From IMG/VR virus record IMGVR_UViG_3300000101_000005: DNA of 64,000 nucleotides. One strand, given 5' to 3'. The notes below the pieces were generated by a model that was not told the origin of the DNA, ran no database searches, and saw only the letters and a list, made by a program, of their open reading frames with translations. Origin of the DNA: a virus. Its lineage: Duplodnaviria; Caudoviricetes. The translations under genes were made by a program, and so were the position numbers. Positions 45,792 through 55,367 of this stretch are shown here, piece by piece; position 1 is the first letter of the stretch, and each line of letters opens with the position of its first letter.

Positions 45792-46643
45792 TTAATAGTA
45801 ATTAGTCACAATAATTAATCCAGGTCTTCCGTCCGAACCTCTGTGTCCGTGGAATGAGCCTCCTGCTCCACCTGTACCTTGTGCTGTGTGATTTTGATGA
45901 TTGTGTGCAAAGTGTCCACCTTGTGGATGATTTCCTGGAGCGCCTCCGCCAAAATATGTATTCGCTGTACTTGCTGCACTACGACTGTGGTGACCGTAAC
46001 CGCCGCCACTGTGTAAATTTAAATTACCACCTGACCCATTACCACTAACACCACCTGAGTGTTGATTCTGTCTATTTGCTCCGTGTCCTGCACTTGCACT
46101 TAAATATGGACCAAAACTTGAAGCATTTCCATTACCACCTGCGCTGGAATAATATGTGCCGCCACCGCCGCCACCAATAGTTACTGATACAGAAGAAATG
46201 CCGGTTACATCGATATACTTTTCAGAATATCCACCTGCGCCGCCACCTTCGCCGTGGCCACTGCCACCGCCTCCAGCACCTTGTACCTGTACTCTAATAT
46301 ATCTTACACCAGTTGGTCTACTCCATGTAGTACTTCCTGTGTAAACGTTCATACTTGCAATACCGTGTTGATCAGTAGTTAGTGCTGATCCGGTACTTCT
46401 TACTGCTCTGTACGCACCACCACCACTATTAATACCTAAACCACCCTGTGCAACTGATAACGCACCAGTTGTTTTAGCACTTCCTAAATTTACAGCACCC
46501 GTAGCCATCTCAGCAGACCCAACTGCTCCGGCAGCTATGTTTCCAGAAGTTACAGTTGTGTTCGCTAAGTCTACTTGTGCTAGACTTCCGTCTACAATTG
46601 CAGCCCCTGTAACTTTCTTTAACGTTTGATAATCAAATGCCAT
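45792..46643 (-). CDS. Glycine-rich fibre-like protein, paralog 1 of 3
   Basis: MAFDYQTLK; YTGSTTWSRPTGVRYIRVQVQGAGGGG; HPQGGHFAHNHQNH; GHRGSDGRPGL. Confidence 0.75.
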   Translation of the reverse strand: MAFDYQTLKKVTGAAIVDGSLAQVDLANTTVTSGNIAAGAVGSAEMATGAVNLGSAKTTGALSVAQGGLGINSGGGAYRAVRSTGSALTTDQHGIASMNVYTGSTTWSRPTGVRYIRVQVQGAGGGGSGHGEGGGAGGYSEKYIDVTGISSVSVTIGGGGGGTYYSSAGGNGNASSFGPYLSASAGHGANRQNQHSGGVSGNGSGGNLNLHSGGGYGHHSRSAASTANTYFGGGAPGNHPQGGHFAHNHQNHTAQGTGGAGGSFHGHRGSDGRPGLIIVTNYY

Positions 46644-46660
46644 TTTTTTCTATGCTCCTG

Positions 46661-47119
46661 TTAAATTGATGCCACTAACCAACCACTTGCTGCGTCAGTA
46701 TATTCTAATGTAAACGATGCACCATTAGTACTTACAGTCATATTATCAGAAGCTCTCATAATTTTTAAACCATTAGCACCAACTGTTAGGTTATTACTAC
46801 CAAATGTTCCTGAATAATCTTGGAACTTGATTGTATCACCTTCTACTGGTGAACCCGGTAATGTTACCGTAACTGGTCCGCCTGCACTGTTAACAATATA
46901 GAATGTATTTGAAACAGCTGATGTTGATGACGTAATTACTACTCTTGGTAGCTCTCCTACTACGTGCCATTGTACCGCGTTATGGTTATAAATTTCTAAA
47001 ATATTTTTAGAAGTATTATAATACAAAACTCCAGAGTTAGCACTAGCGGGGCGTTGAGCAGTAGTACCAGACAGTATAGGTGGCTGATCGTTAATTCCTT
47101 GTCCTACTATTCTTCCCAT
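46661..47119 (-). CDS. Tail fibre-associated beta-rich protein
   Basis: GTTAQRP...YYNT and VTVTLPGSPVEGDTIKFQD...NNLTV..NG.KI modules typical of phage fibres. Confidence 0.6.
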   Translation of the reverse strand: MGRIVGQGINDQPPILSGTTAQRPASANSGVLYYNTSKNILEIYNHNAVQWHVVGELPRVVITSSTSAVSNTFYIVNSAGGPVTVTLPGSPVEGDTIKFQDYSGTFGSNNLTVGANGLKIMRASDNMTVSTNGASFTLEYTDAASGWLVASI

Positions 47120-47129
47120 AATGTTCTCC

Positions 47130-47450
47130 TTAGACCGTTGATGTTTCTATACCTAAACACACAGCTGATACGTTAATTGCGTTTGATCTAACAACAACGA
47201 CCTTAGATGCGTCAAGTACTATACCAGTTCTTTCTAACACACCATTTGCAGATACTTGCGAGTCATACTCTAAATAATCTGCGTCTGCTGGTGTTCCAGA
47301 AGAACTAACTGCGATTCTCACCTGTGCAGCACTTGCTGACCTATTACAGATATTTACCGTTACTACGCTAAAGTTATCTGCTGGTACTGTGTATAGGGTA
47401 GTGTCAGTAGCCGCTGCAAGGTCTGCTGTCCCCAATATTCCTGTTGCCAT
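47130..47450 (-). CDS. Small beta-rich virion protein
   Basis: TTLYTVP...VVTVNICN...LERTGIVL; similar pattern to 61346-61678. Confidence 0.6.
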   Translation of the reverse strand: MATGILGTADLAAATDTTLYTVPADNFSVVTVNICNRSASAAQVRIAVSSSGTPADADYLEYDSQVSANGVLERTGIVLDASKVVVVRSNAINVSAVCLGIETSTV

Positions 47451-47478
47451 TATATTTTTCTCCGTTTATAATTTATTT

Positions 47479-50400
47479 CTAGTTTAAGAAGTACTGCCAA
47501 GCTATTGGAAGTCCTCTAACTCCACCTTTGAAATTTAAGTTAGCATTAACTTTAATTGCCGCTTGTGTAGTTGTTGTTATTTGTGTTCCAGCAATATAAA
47601 TTGCACCTGCTGTAACACTATTTACGTTAAGTGATGCACCACCGCCACCAATTTGTGAACTGATGTAAGCCTTAATAGCTCTTTGTGTTGGTACAACACT
47701 GTCACTATCTGCTGTGAAGAATGGGTCTGTACTAAATTCTTCAATTGAAGCAGATCCTCCACCTAGCGTAACTTCACCAAGTGATAGTTCTTGTAGTCCT
47801 GCAATGTTAAATGCATCAGCATTCAATGTTGCAACACCAGTTGACTGTTCAACACTAAACAATCCACCAACTCTAAAGTTACCATCTTGGTCAGTAGCAG
47901 TGTAGAACACTCTACCACCGTTACGTTCTCTAGTTTCTTGAGCTTGTATTGGATCTTGTGTTGGAAGTCCTGGATAATTGGTTTCAGTAAAGTTACCTGT
48001 ACCAATATCTAGGAAGTCATGTCCTGTTAAACGTACCTGCGAGTACTTAATTCTAGTTGTTACACTAGTACCATGTGCAGGAACATTAATAATTTTCATA
48101 TTCGGTGATACTTGTAAGAAACATGTATAAGCACCTGGGTTTGTACCTAGTTGTGTTATAATGTTAACAAGTTTAAACGTGTCATTTGGTAAATGTCCAA
48201 ACACAACATTTGATCCTGTTACCGGAATATTTGTAAGTTGTCTAACAGCAATGAACGAACCACTTTGGAAGAAGTCTGCATGACCATCACCACCTGTTAA
48301 GTCAGCGGAAGCTGAAACATATCCAGTTCCTCTGCTAAGGAATGTTGGGTTTGCTAACACACCGTTACCAATTCTAACTAAAAACGGTACTGCGTAAATT
48401 TCACTTGGGTCAGTAATAGTTAGTGTTGGAACACTATCATATCCTGCACCTGGTTCAATAATTCTAATCGAAAAGATCTTGTTCTGTGCAACAAACGTTC
48501 TAGCTTTTGCTGTAACACCCAGTCTTGATCTTGAAGCAATTGCTCCTGATACAACTGGAATTGTTACCCAATAACCTTTTTTACCTGATACACCATGTCC
48601 ACATGCCATGTAACCTTCACCTACTTGGTCTCCAGTTACACCTTCTAGTGATTTCCATGTCCAGTTAAATCCGTCTTGCGATGTAGCAACATCATTAAAG
48701 CCGTCTAATCCGTCTAAGTATGCTGTAGCAACAAACTGTCCTTGTCCGTATTCAACTTTTTGCAATCCTGAAACTGCTGTTGAGTCCGGAGCACCCATTG
48801 GCATCGCTACCCATGTTGCGCCATCTAATGACATAGCACCAGTGTTGTTATCACTTGCTACTGCAACAAAGTGTCCATTACCCCATGCAACATCTGTCCA
48901 TGCTCTTGAAGCCGGAAGTGCCGCTGCTGTCCAAGTTATTGCATCTGTTGAGTATTCAACAACTGTTGAGCTTGGTTTAATTGCAACAAACAATCCTTTA
49001 CCGTATTCAATTCTTGTATGTCCAGTGTTGTTAAGTGTTCCTGTAAGATCCCAAACAACTCCATCTAGTGAAATAGCAACTGTAGCTGATCCTGCTTGTA
49101 CTGCAACAAACTTGCCTTCACCGTATGTAACATCAGTCCATGTTCCGCTTGATGGCATAGTAGAAGTTACCCATGTAACACCGTCATCGGAGTATGCTGC
49201 TGTTGCACTACCTGTTGCTACTGCAACGTATCTACTTTGTAATGCTACAGTTGATCCATCGTCGATCAATCCGTGTGCTATAGATGTCCAGTTAGCATTT
49301 GGCATAACGTTTGCTGTCCAAGTTTTACCATCGGTACTGTAAGCACCTGCTGCTGCACTTGATTTAACAGCTACCCATGCACCTTCTTGTGCTGAACCTT
49401 CTGTTTCAATTTCTAAAATTACACCGTTAGTGTCTACTGATACAACTGTTACTGTAATATCATGTGTAGTTGCTGCGCCTCCAACATTATTACCAGCAAT
49501 AGTAAATGTATTGTAACGTGTATATCCTGTTCCGCCACTTACGATTGTTGTAATGTATTTTCCACCGTTTTTAATAACTTGGAAACTAGCACCTGAACCG
49601 CCACTGTTATTGTATGTTGAGCTTGGTAGGTAAACTCCTGTTCTTGCACCCCATAATACATCTTGCCATGCACCACTTGTAGGAAGTGTTACACCTTCTG
49701 AACTATCAGTTGGAGCACTAAATACCGCTCTTGGTTCAACTGTATATGTTGATGAAGCATCTGGTGCAACAATTGTTGTACCTGCCACAATGTGATCAAA
49801 TCCTGATGCACCTGTTGACTCTTTAGTAACTGCTGCAATTTTAGTACCACTGTTATATGATGAAATAATACCATATTGTCCAACTCCAGCACCGCCTGTA
49901 ACGTTAACTCTCATACCAACGTATGCTGAGCTAATCTCTGCGTCTGTTGCAGCAAGTGTAATACTTGTTGATGTACCTGCCTGACAAGTGTTTGAGTTAG
50001 TAATGTAACCAAATCCACCAAAGTTACCGTCTGCTTCTGGAGCATTAGTACTATCGTCTACATTATCTTGTAGGAATACTTCGTGTACACCACCGTCTCT
50101 ATACTCATCTGTCTCTGCTGTTGCGCCTGTACCAGCACCTGAAATCAACCAAGTTGCGTTAGTATATTCGTTACCAGCATTAGTAAATTCAAATGCGTAA
50201 ACTTGTTGTGCATTATCAGTTTGTACACTACCAACTGTAGCTTCAAACTGGAATTTGTTATCAACAATAGCAGTGTTTGGAGTTTCAGTTGAATCAAATC
50301 CTTCTGCTACTGAACCAAAGTCACCATATGAGTTGTTACCGTTTGTACCTCTAATTCTACCACCGTTTTCTGACAAGTAACCTACGTGTGAGTAATATGA

Positions 50401-53400
50401 GAACACTGATACAAGCTCTGCTCTACCATTGTTTGTTACCCAAGCACCGATACCGTCGGATATAACCTGTGTAAAGTCGTTACTAACAATCGAATCGTTA
50501 CCACCATTGTGTAGTGCGCCATCAATCTTTTGACCAATTGCACCAGTACCAAGTGTTGTTACGTTTTGTACGTATGGTGAACGTTCAATAATCCATGTTG
50601 AGAAATCATCTGGACCATATCCTGGATCAAGTGATACATAAGCACCACCCGAAACTCTTGAAGTTCCTAATGCATTTGGAGCAAGTAAGTCACCTGCCAT
50701 GTTTGCAAGAGTTTGGTTTCTAACACCAGTAGCGTTTCTTACATAATAGAAGTCTTCGCCATCTCTTGTACCATGTACTGCGTTACCGTAGTATCTTGCA
50801 GCCTGTAATGATTTGTAGTTACCATGGTATTGGAAGTCATACTTGAGTGCGTCAAGTATTCTATTCATATCTCTTTCACATTTTGCACTGTTGTAGTCAA
50901 GCATAACAGTCATTGAGCCAGACGCATCATCTATTGACATCGCAGTAGAAGTGTTTCTAGTTTTTGCAACTGTAAACTTAGTACCTGAAATAATTTTGTT
51001 TACGTAGTAAGTTGTTCCTACTTCAAAACCATTTCCGCCAGCAACTGCTGGAGCACTTAATATTGTTCCGCTAACTTTAATTGCTGTACCAATTCTTAAC
51101 CAACTAGTATCGCTAATTGTTAAAGAATCATCTGATGCTGCTGTTGCTGTACAAGTATCTTTATATGTGTCTTGTACCCATGCTGTAGATTCAGCAACAA
51201 TAAAGTTTCTATTTCTTTCAATTTGTAAAATAGCATAGTGTGCATTTCTTACTTCAGTAACACAAGGTGATCCTTCGTTTGAACCACTGTACACAACATC
51301 GTCTAAGTCTTTCATTAATGTATTAATACGTGCAATCGCTGTAGCGTCTCCGCCAACATTTGCAATTGCTTGTGTTCTTACATATTCAAAAGCACTTCTT
51401 GTAGTTGCTTTTTGATCTAAGTCGTAAACATCTTTTGCTGTTGCTCTCAAGTATGAAAGTGCAGCTCTCATTGTTTGTTCGTTACTGTTTGTAGCAAGGT
51501 CAAACATAACTGCTTCCATGATCAATCTTGTATCACGTAAACATTTAGTTTGGTTGTATAATACTTTTGCTGTAGTGCCATCTGTTTTAGTAGCACTTGG
51601 ATATACAACATCTGCTCCGCTTGGAGAGTTACAACTAAACACAATATTTGCTAGTGTGTAAGTATCTTCAATTGCTAAACCGTGTGCTGCGTCTACAGTA
51701 ATATCCATTACACCTGTGCTGTTATTATATGTAACTGCTGTAATGTTTAATACAGTTCCGTTAGCTTTAGTAACAATACCACCACTTACATATGTGTGTG
51801 CATATACACTTGTTCCAACATAAGTTTCAATTCTAGTTGTGCTAGGAACATCCTGTACTCTAAAATCAGTGTGATAATTAGTTGGATTTAAGTGATTGAT
51901 AACTCCCGTTACAACGGTCTCTTGCGCTGCATCTAAGGTCTCTACAGCGGTGATCAATGCTGAAGTACTAGTTACACTGTTCGTTAACTCTGGATAGTTA
52001 AATGCGTTTGCTACAACAGTTAAACTTGAACCGTCAGTAACTGTTTGTGTACTACCGCCAAATGTTGCAGACAATGTAAATGTGTTTGCATCTGGTGCAG
52101 TTTTAATCCAATATCTTCTAGTTTTGTATAATGCACCACTACCTGTACCATATGTAGTTCTCATCACAATTGCATCACCAGCTTGTAATCCGTGGTTAGC
52201 AGATGTAAGTGTGTTACTTGATGCTGCTGTAATTGTAATGTTTGGTTGATCGTTAATATCTGCAATTACTGCTGTAATAATATCAATTGATGTACCAATA
52301 AATGTTGAAGCTGCTGCACTACCTGCTGTACCTCTTGTTTGTGGTACAACACTTTGTAATGCTGTAACAGTAGTGTTAGTTGCAACATCTTGCATTATTG
52401 CTTTTAATTTATTGTATGCCGCAATAGTTGCTGCTGTTTCTGTGCTGTCAATTTGAGAAATAGTACCTTCCCAGTATGCCATAGCAGCAATTCTTGATTG
52501 GCTCTTACCACCATATGTTAAGTCGTAACAAATAGAGTCAACAATGTAACCTACATCTTGACGACATTTCATTTTACTGTATTTTACAGTAGGATAGTTA
52601 GCAGCGATAAATGCAATTAATTCTTCTTTAAAGAATTGTTTGTTTTCTCTAATTCTAGCTCTTGCATCTCCGTAACCATTTAAAAATGCAGCGTTGTATC
52701 CTGTAGGATCAGCACTGTTTCTTAATTCAAATTCACCAACTCTAAAGTCGATGTTTTTTTGCATTGTTCTAATTAAACGTTCAACATGTGTTTCTTCTAC
52801 TGTGTCAGCAAAAGGAACAGCAATGTCTTGTGCAAAAGCGTTAGTTGAAGTCTTAGTTACACTTGCACCTTTAATAATATCACCAACAACACCTTCTAAA
52901 CGTCCTAACGCAGCAATTGTATATTTTGCATCAGTCATATTTGTAATTGGTCCTGCAGGTCCAACGTTTGTGGATCTAACTTCTTCACCAAGCACAACAG
53001 TATTTTCTGGAACAATGATTGGTCCAATTTCTCTATACTGTCCTGTTTTAATTTTAATTGTGTTCTGTGGAGAATATCTTGCAGGAATATTAGTTGCATT
53101 GCCAGCAGCAATTGCATCTGTAATAATTTTTAAACCTGCTGCAAGTACAGTACCTGAAGTTGGTTCTGCAATCAATGTTGAAGATTTAAATTGTGAAACA
53201 ACAGCAGTTGAATTATCACCGTTTGTAGTTTGGTAATTAGTTGTTGGATCAGTTTGTGCTAATACATTGTTAACTAGTGTTAGCATATATGCATATGCTG
53301 CTGCTGAGTTTGCTGCTTCTGTTGTTAAGTTTGAGTATGGACCTGTATTGTAAGGTGCTTCGTATAAAGCTCCAACAAATGCATTTGCAGCACCTCTTGA

Positions 53401-55299
53401 TCTCTTGTTACCACCATGACACATGTCATAGACCATAGCGTCTAATACTAGTCCCATATCTCTGTGACAGTCATCATCCGCATAATCAAAGTTTTCCCAA
53501 ATGCTACCACTTGCAGCATTTGCAATTTGATATGTAATCCATTCTGTAACTTCACGTTGAATAAACGCTTTGTTCATTTCAATTAAGTGTCTTGCTTCTG
53601 GATGTCTTGGACCGTTTAATACTGCTTCACAAGCATATCTAACTGATGCAAATGGTTTATCTAATGTTGCACCATGCACTGGATATGGATTATCTTGTCC
53701 ATGTGGAGCAACGTAGTAAACGTAATCGTTTGCACCCATTGAACGCCATTCTGGATAGTTTGCTCCAGCTTGTAAAACTTGTCCTTCTACACCAATTGGA
53801 AGTCTAGCAACACCAGCACCGCCGTAGTAAACCAAATCACCTTTTGTTGTTAGTAGTGAAGTTTCACTACCTGTAATCATTTGGTTCCAGTAAGTACCTG
53901 TTGTGTCTTGGTCTGGACGACTGTTGTCTGCACCACCACCAGCTGCACCAATTGTTGATCCGTCATCGCCTTCTGATCTGTGTTTTAAAATACACACATA
54001 TGCGTTATCACCAAACTTGACACAGTCACCTGCTTCATATTCGTAATCGTCAGCCCATGTGCCTGCCCAGTAAAAACCACTTGATAGTTTGCTCCAGTAA
54101 TTAGGTTCAATTGGATGAGCTGCAACTCTTGCAGTCATTGATCCTGTACCTAGAGTTGGTGTAAATACTGTTCCGCCATGTGCGATTGAAATTGTAAATG
54201 TTGTTGCATCATCAACTGTCTTAATGTAGTATGTTGCACCTTCGTTAACGTTACCATAAACAGCACCGCTAAAGTATACTGACATACCAACAGCCATTCC
54301 TGTTGTGGATGTTGTTGTAAATTTGTTTGTTGAGTTACTTGATGCTGATATCGTAAAGTCGTTACTTAGCGAATCAACTGTAGCAACATATGAGTTACCG
54401 TTAACTGCTACAACTTGTCCAATTTTATAATCTGTTGCGTTGCTCCAGTTATTCTGAAAGTCAAAACCTTTACCAAACAATGCAAAGTTTGTAGTATCAG
54501 TTGAAGGATTAGTTGAAGCTGAATGATATGCTTTTGCTACGTATTGGTTACCACCGTATGATACAACATCACCTGGTTGGTATACTGTTGAATTGCTCCA
54601 AACGTTTTCATACTCAAAGCCTTCAATAAACTGTGTCCAGTTTGATGCGTCGGTTGCAAAGTTTGATGCATTTGAAGTATGCTGTGTAGTACAAATGTAT
54701 GTACCTGCACCTTGCTTAACAATATCATTATATTTGTATCTTGTATTTCCTGTCCAAGCAGCTTTATATTCTAGTCCTTGGTTAAAGATATCCCATTTAG
54801 ATTGATCATTTTCTAAACCACTAGAGGCAGTACTAGCAGAAGTATGACCTGTGTTTGCAACATAAGTTGTTCCACCATATCTAACTAAATCGTTAATTTT
54901 ATATCTTGTAGAAACGGCCCAATCACTCTTCCAGTCAAAGCCTTCAGCGTAAGCAGTCCATTTAGCAATATCAGTTTCAAGACCTAATGAAGCAGTAGCG
55001 GCAGATGTATGCGGAGTAGAACAAATATAAATCTGTCCACCGTACTTAACTAAGTCGTTTGTTTTGTAATAAGTTGATGTAGCCCAATCGCCCTTCCAGT
55101 CCTGACCGTCTGTCATCTGGTTCCATCTTGAAGGACTTACGCTCAAATCTGTATAAAAATCTGCGTCACTTGTATGTCCTGTAGTACAGATAAACGTTTT
55201 ACCGCCATATCTTACTACATCGTCTTTGTAGTAGACTGTAGGAGTGGCCCAATCGCCTTTCCATACAAATCTAATTCTACCTAATTTAAACTCTGCCAT
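47479..55299 (-). CDS. Giant virion structural protein (2606 aa): CBM5/12-like repeats, probable beta-helix, Asp-box propeller
   Basis: Seven W..xT.Y...DxV.YGG..Y.C...HTS repeats; IKTGQYRE...VLGEEVRS; RSPYVQNVTT; six SxDGxxW Asp-boxes; C-terminal HDFLDIGTG and TDQDGNFRVG. Confidence 0.8.
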   Translation of the reverse strand: MAEFKLGRIRFVWKGDWATPTVYYKDDVVRYGGKTFICTTGHTSDADFYTDLSVSPSRWNQMTDGQDWKGDWATSTYYKTNDLVKYGGQIYICSTPHTSAATASLGLETDIAKWTAYAEGFDWKSDWAVSTRYKINDLVRYGGTTYVANTGHTSASTASSGLENDQSKWDIFNQGLEYKAAWTGNTRYKYNDIVKQGAGTYICTTQHTSNASNFATDASNWTQFIEGFEYENVWSNSTVYQPGDVVSYGGNQYVAKAYHSASTNPSTDTTNFALFGKGFDFQNNWSNATDYKIGQVVAVNGNSYVATVDSLSNDFTISASSNSTNKFTTTSTTGMAVGMSVYFSGAVYGNVNEGATYYIKTVDDATTFTISIAHGGTVFTPTLGTGSMTARVAAHPIEPNYWSKLSSGFYWAGTWADDYEYEAGDCVKFGDNAYVCILKHRSEGDDGSTIGAAGGGADNSRPDQDTTGTYWNQMITGSETSLLTTKGDLVYYGGAGVARLPIGVEGQVLQAGANYPEWRSMGANDYVYYVAPHGQDNPYPVHGATLDKPFASVRYACEAVLNGPRHPEARHLIEMNKAFIQREVTEWITYQIANAASGSIWENFDYADDDCHRDMGLVLDAMVYDMCHGGNKRSRGAANAFVGALYEAPYNTGPYSNLTTEAANSAAAYAYMLTLVNNVLAQTDPTTNYQTTNGDNSTAVVSQFKSSTLIAEPTSGTVLAAGLKIITDAIAAGNATNIPARYSPQNTIKIKTGQYREIGPIIVPENTVVLGEEVRSTNVGPAGPITNMTDAKYTIAALGRLEGVVGDIIKGASVTKTSTNAFAQDIAVPFADTVEETHVERLIRTMQKNIDFRVGEFELRNSADPTGYNAAFLNGYGDARARIRENKQFFKEELIAFIAANYPTVKYSKMKCRQDVGYIVDSICYDLTYGGKSQSRIAAMAYWEGTISQIDSTETAATIAAYNKLKAIMQDVATNTTVTALQSVVPQTRGTAGSAAASTFIGTSIDIITAVIADINDQPNITITAASSNTLTSANHGLQAGDAIVMRTTYGTGSGALYKTRRYWIKTAPDANTFTLSATFGGSTQTVTDGSSLTVVANAFNYPELTNSVTSTSALITAVETLDAAQETVVTGVINHLNPTNYHTDFRVQDVPSTTRIETYVGTSVYAHTYVSGGIVTKANGTVLNITAVTYNNSTGVMDITVDAAHGLAIEDTYTLANIVFSCNSPSGADVVYPSATKTDGTTAKVLYNQTKCLRDTRLIMEAVMFDLATNSNEQTMRAALSYLRATAKDVYDLDQKATTRSAFEYVRTQAIANVGGDATAIARINTLMKDLDDVVYSGSNEGSPCVTEVRNAHYAILQIERNRNFIVAESTAWVQDTYKDTCTATAASDDSLTISDTSWLRIGTAIKVSGTILSAPAVAGGNGFEVGTTYYVNKIISGTKFTVAKTRNTSTAMSIDDASGSMTVMLDYNSAKCERDMNRILDALKYDFQYHGNYKSLQAARYYGNAVHGTRDGEDFYYVRNATGVRNQTLANMAGDLLAPNALGTSRVSGGAYVSLDPGYGPDDFSTWIIERSPYVQNVTTLGTGAIGQKIDGALHNGGNDSIVSNDFTQVISDGIGAWVTNNGRAELVSVFSYYSHVGYLSENGGRIRGTNGNNSYGDFGSVAEGFDSTETPNTAIVDNKFQFEATVGSVQTDNAQQVYAFEFTNAGNEYTNATWLISGAGTGATAETDEYRDGGVHEVFLQDNVDDSTNAPEADGNFGGFGYITNSNTCQAGTSTSITLAATDAEISSAYVGMRVNVTGGAGVGQYGIISSYNSGTKIAAVTKESTGASGFDHIVAGTTIVAPDASSTYTVEPRAVFSAPTDSSEGVTLPTSGAWQDVLWGARTGVYLPSSTYNNSGGSGASFQVIKNGGKYITTIVSGGTGYTRYNTFTIAGNNVGGAATTHDITVTVVSVDTNGVILEIETEGSAQEGAWVAVKSSAAAGAYSTDGKTWTANVMPNANWTSIAHGLIDDGSTVALQSRYVAVATGSATAAYSDDGVTWVTSTMPSSGTWTDVTYGEGKFVAVQAGSATVAISLDGVVWDLTGTLNNTGHTRIEYGKGLFVAIKPSSTVVEYSTDAITWTAAALPASRAWTDVAWGNGHFVAVASDNNTGAMSLDGATWVAMPMGAPDSTAVSGLQKVEYGQGQFVATAYLDGLDGFNDVATSQDGFNWTWKSLEGVTGDQVGEGYMACGHGVSGKKGYWVTIPVVSGAIASRSRLGVTAKARTFVAQNKIFSIRIIEPGAGYDSVPTLTITDPSEIYAVPFLVRIGNGVLANPTFLSRGTGYVSASADLTGGDGHADFFQSGSFIAVRQLTNIPVTGSNVVFGHLPNDTFKLVNIITQLGTNPGAYTCFLQVSPNMKIINVPAHGTSVTTRIKYSQVRLTGHDFLDIGTGNFTETNYPGLPTQDPIQAQETRERNGGRVFYTATDQDGNFRVGGLFSVEQSTGVATLNADAFNIAGLQELSLGEVTLGGGSASIEEFSTDPFFTADSDSVVPTQRAIKAYISSQIGGGGASLNVNSVTAGAIYIAGTQITTTTQAAIKVNANLNFKGGVRGLPIAWQYFLN

Positions 55300-55367
55300 G
55301 TTTATCTACTCCATAGTGTTCCATTGTATTTACCATTAATTTGTTATCTTCTAATATAAGTATCATG

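Noticed and set aside
44063-46643. Diversity-generating retroelement or template/variable repeat pair in the three similar genes
   Set aside because: No reverse transcriptase is in the window; differences are spread over synonymous sites rather than adenine-specific, and all three copies are intact genes.
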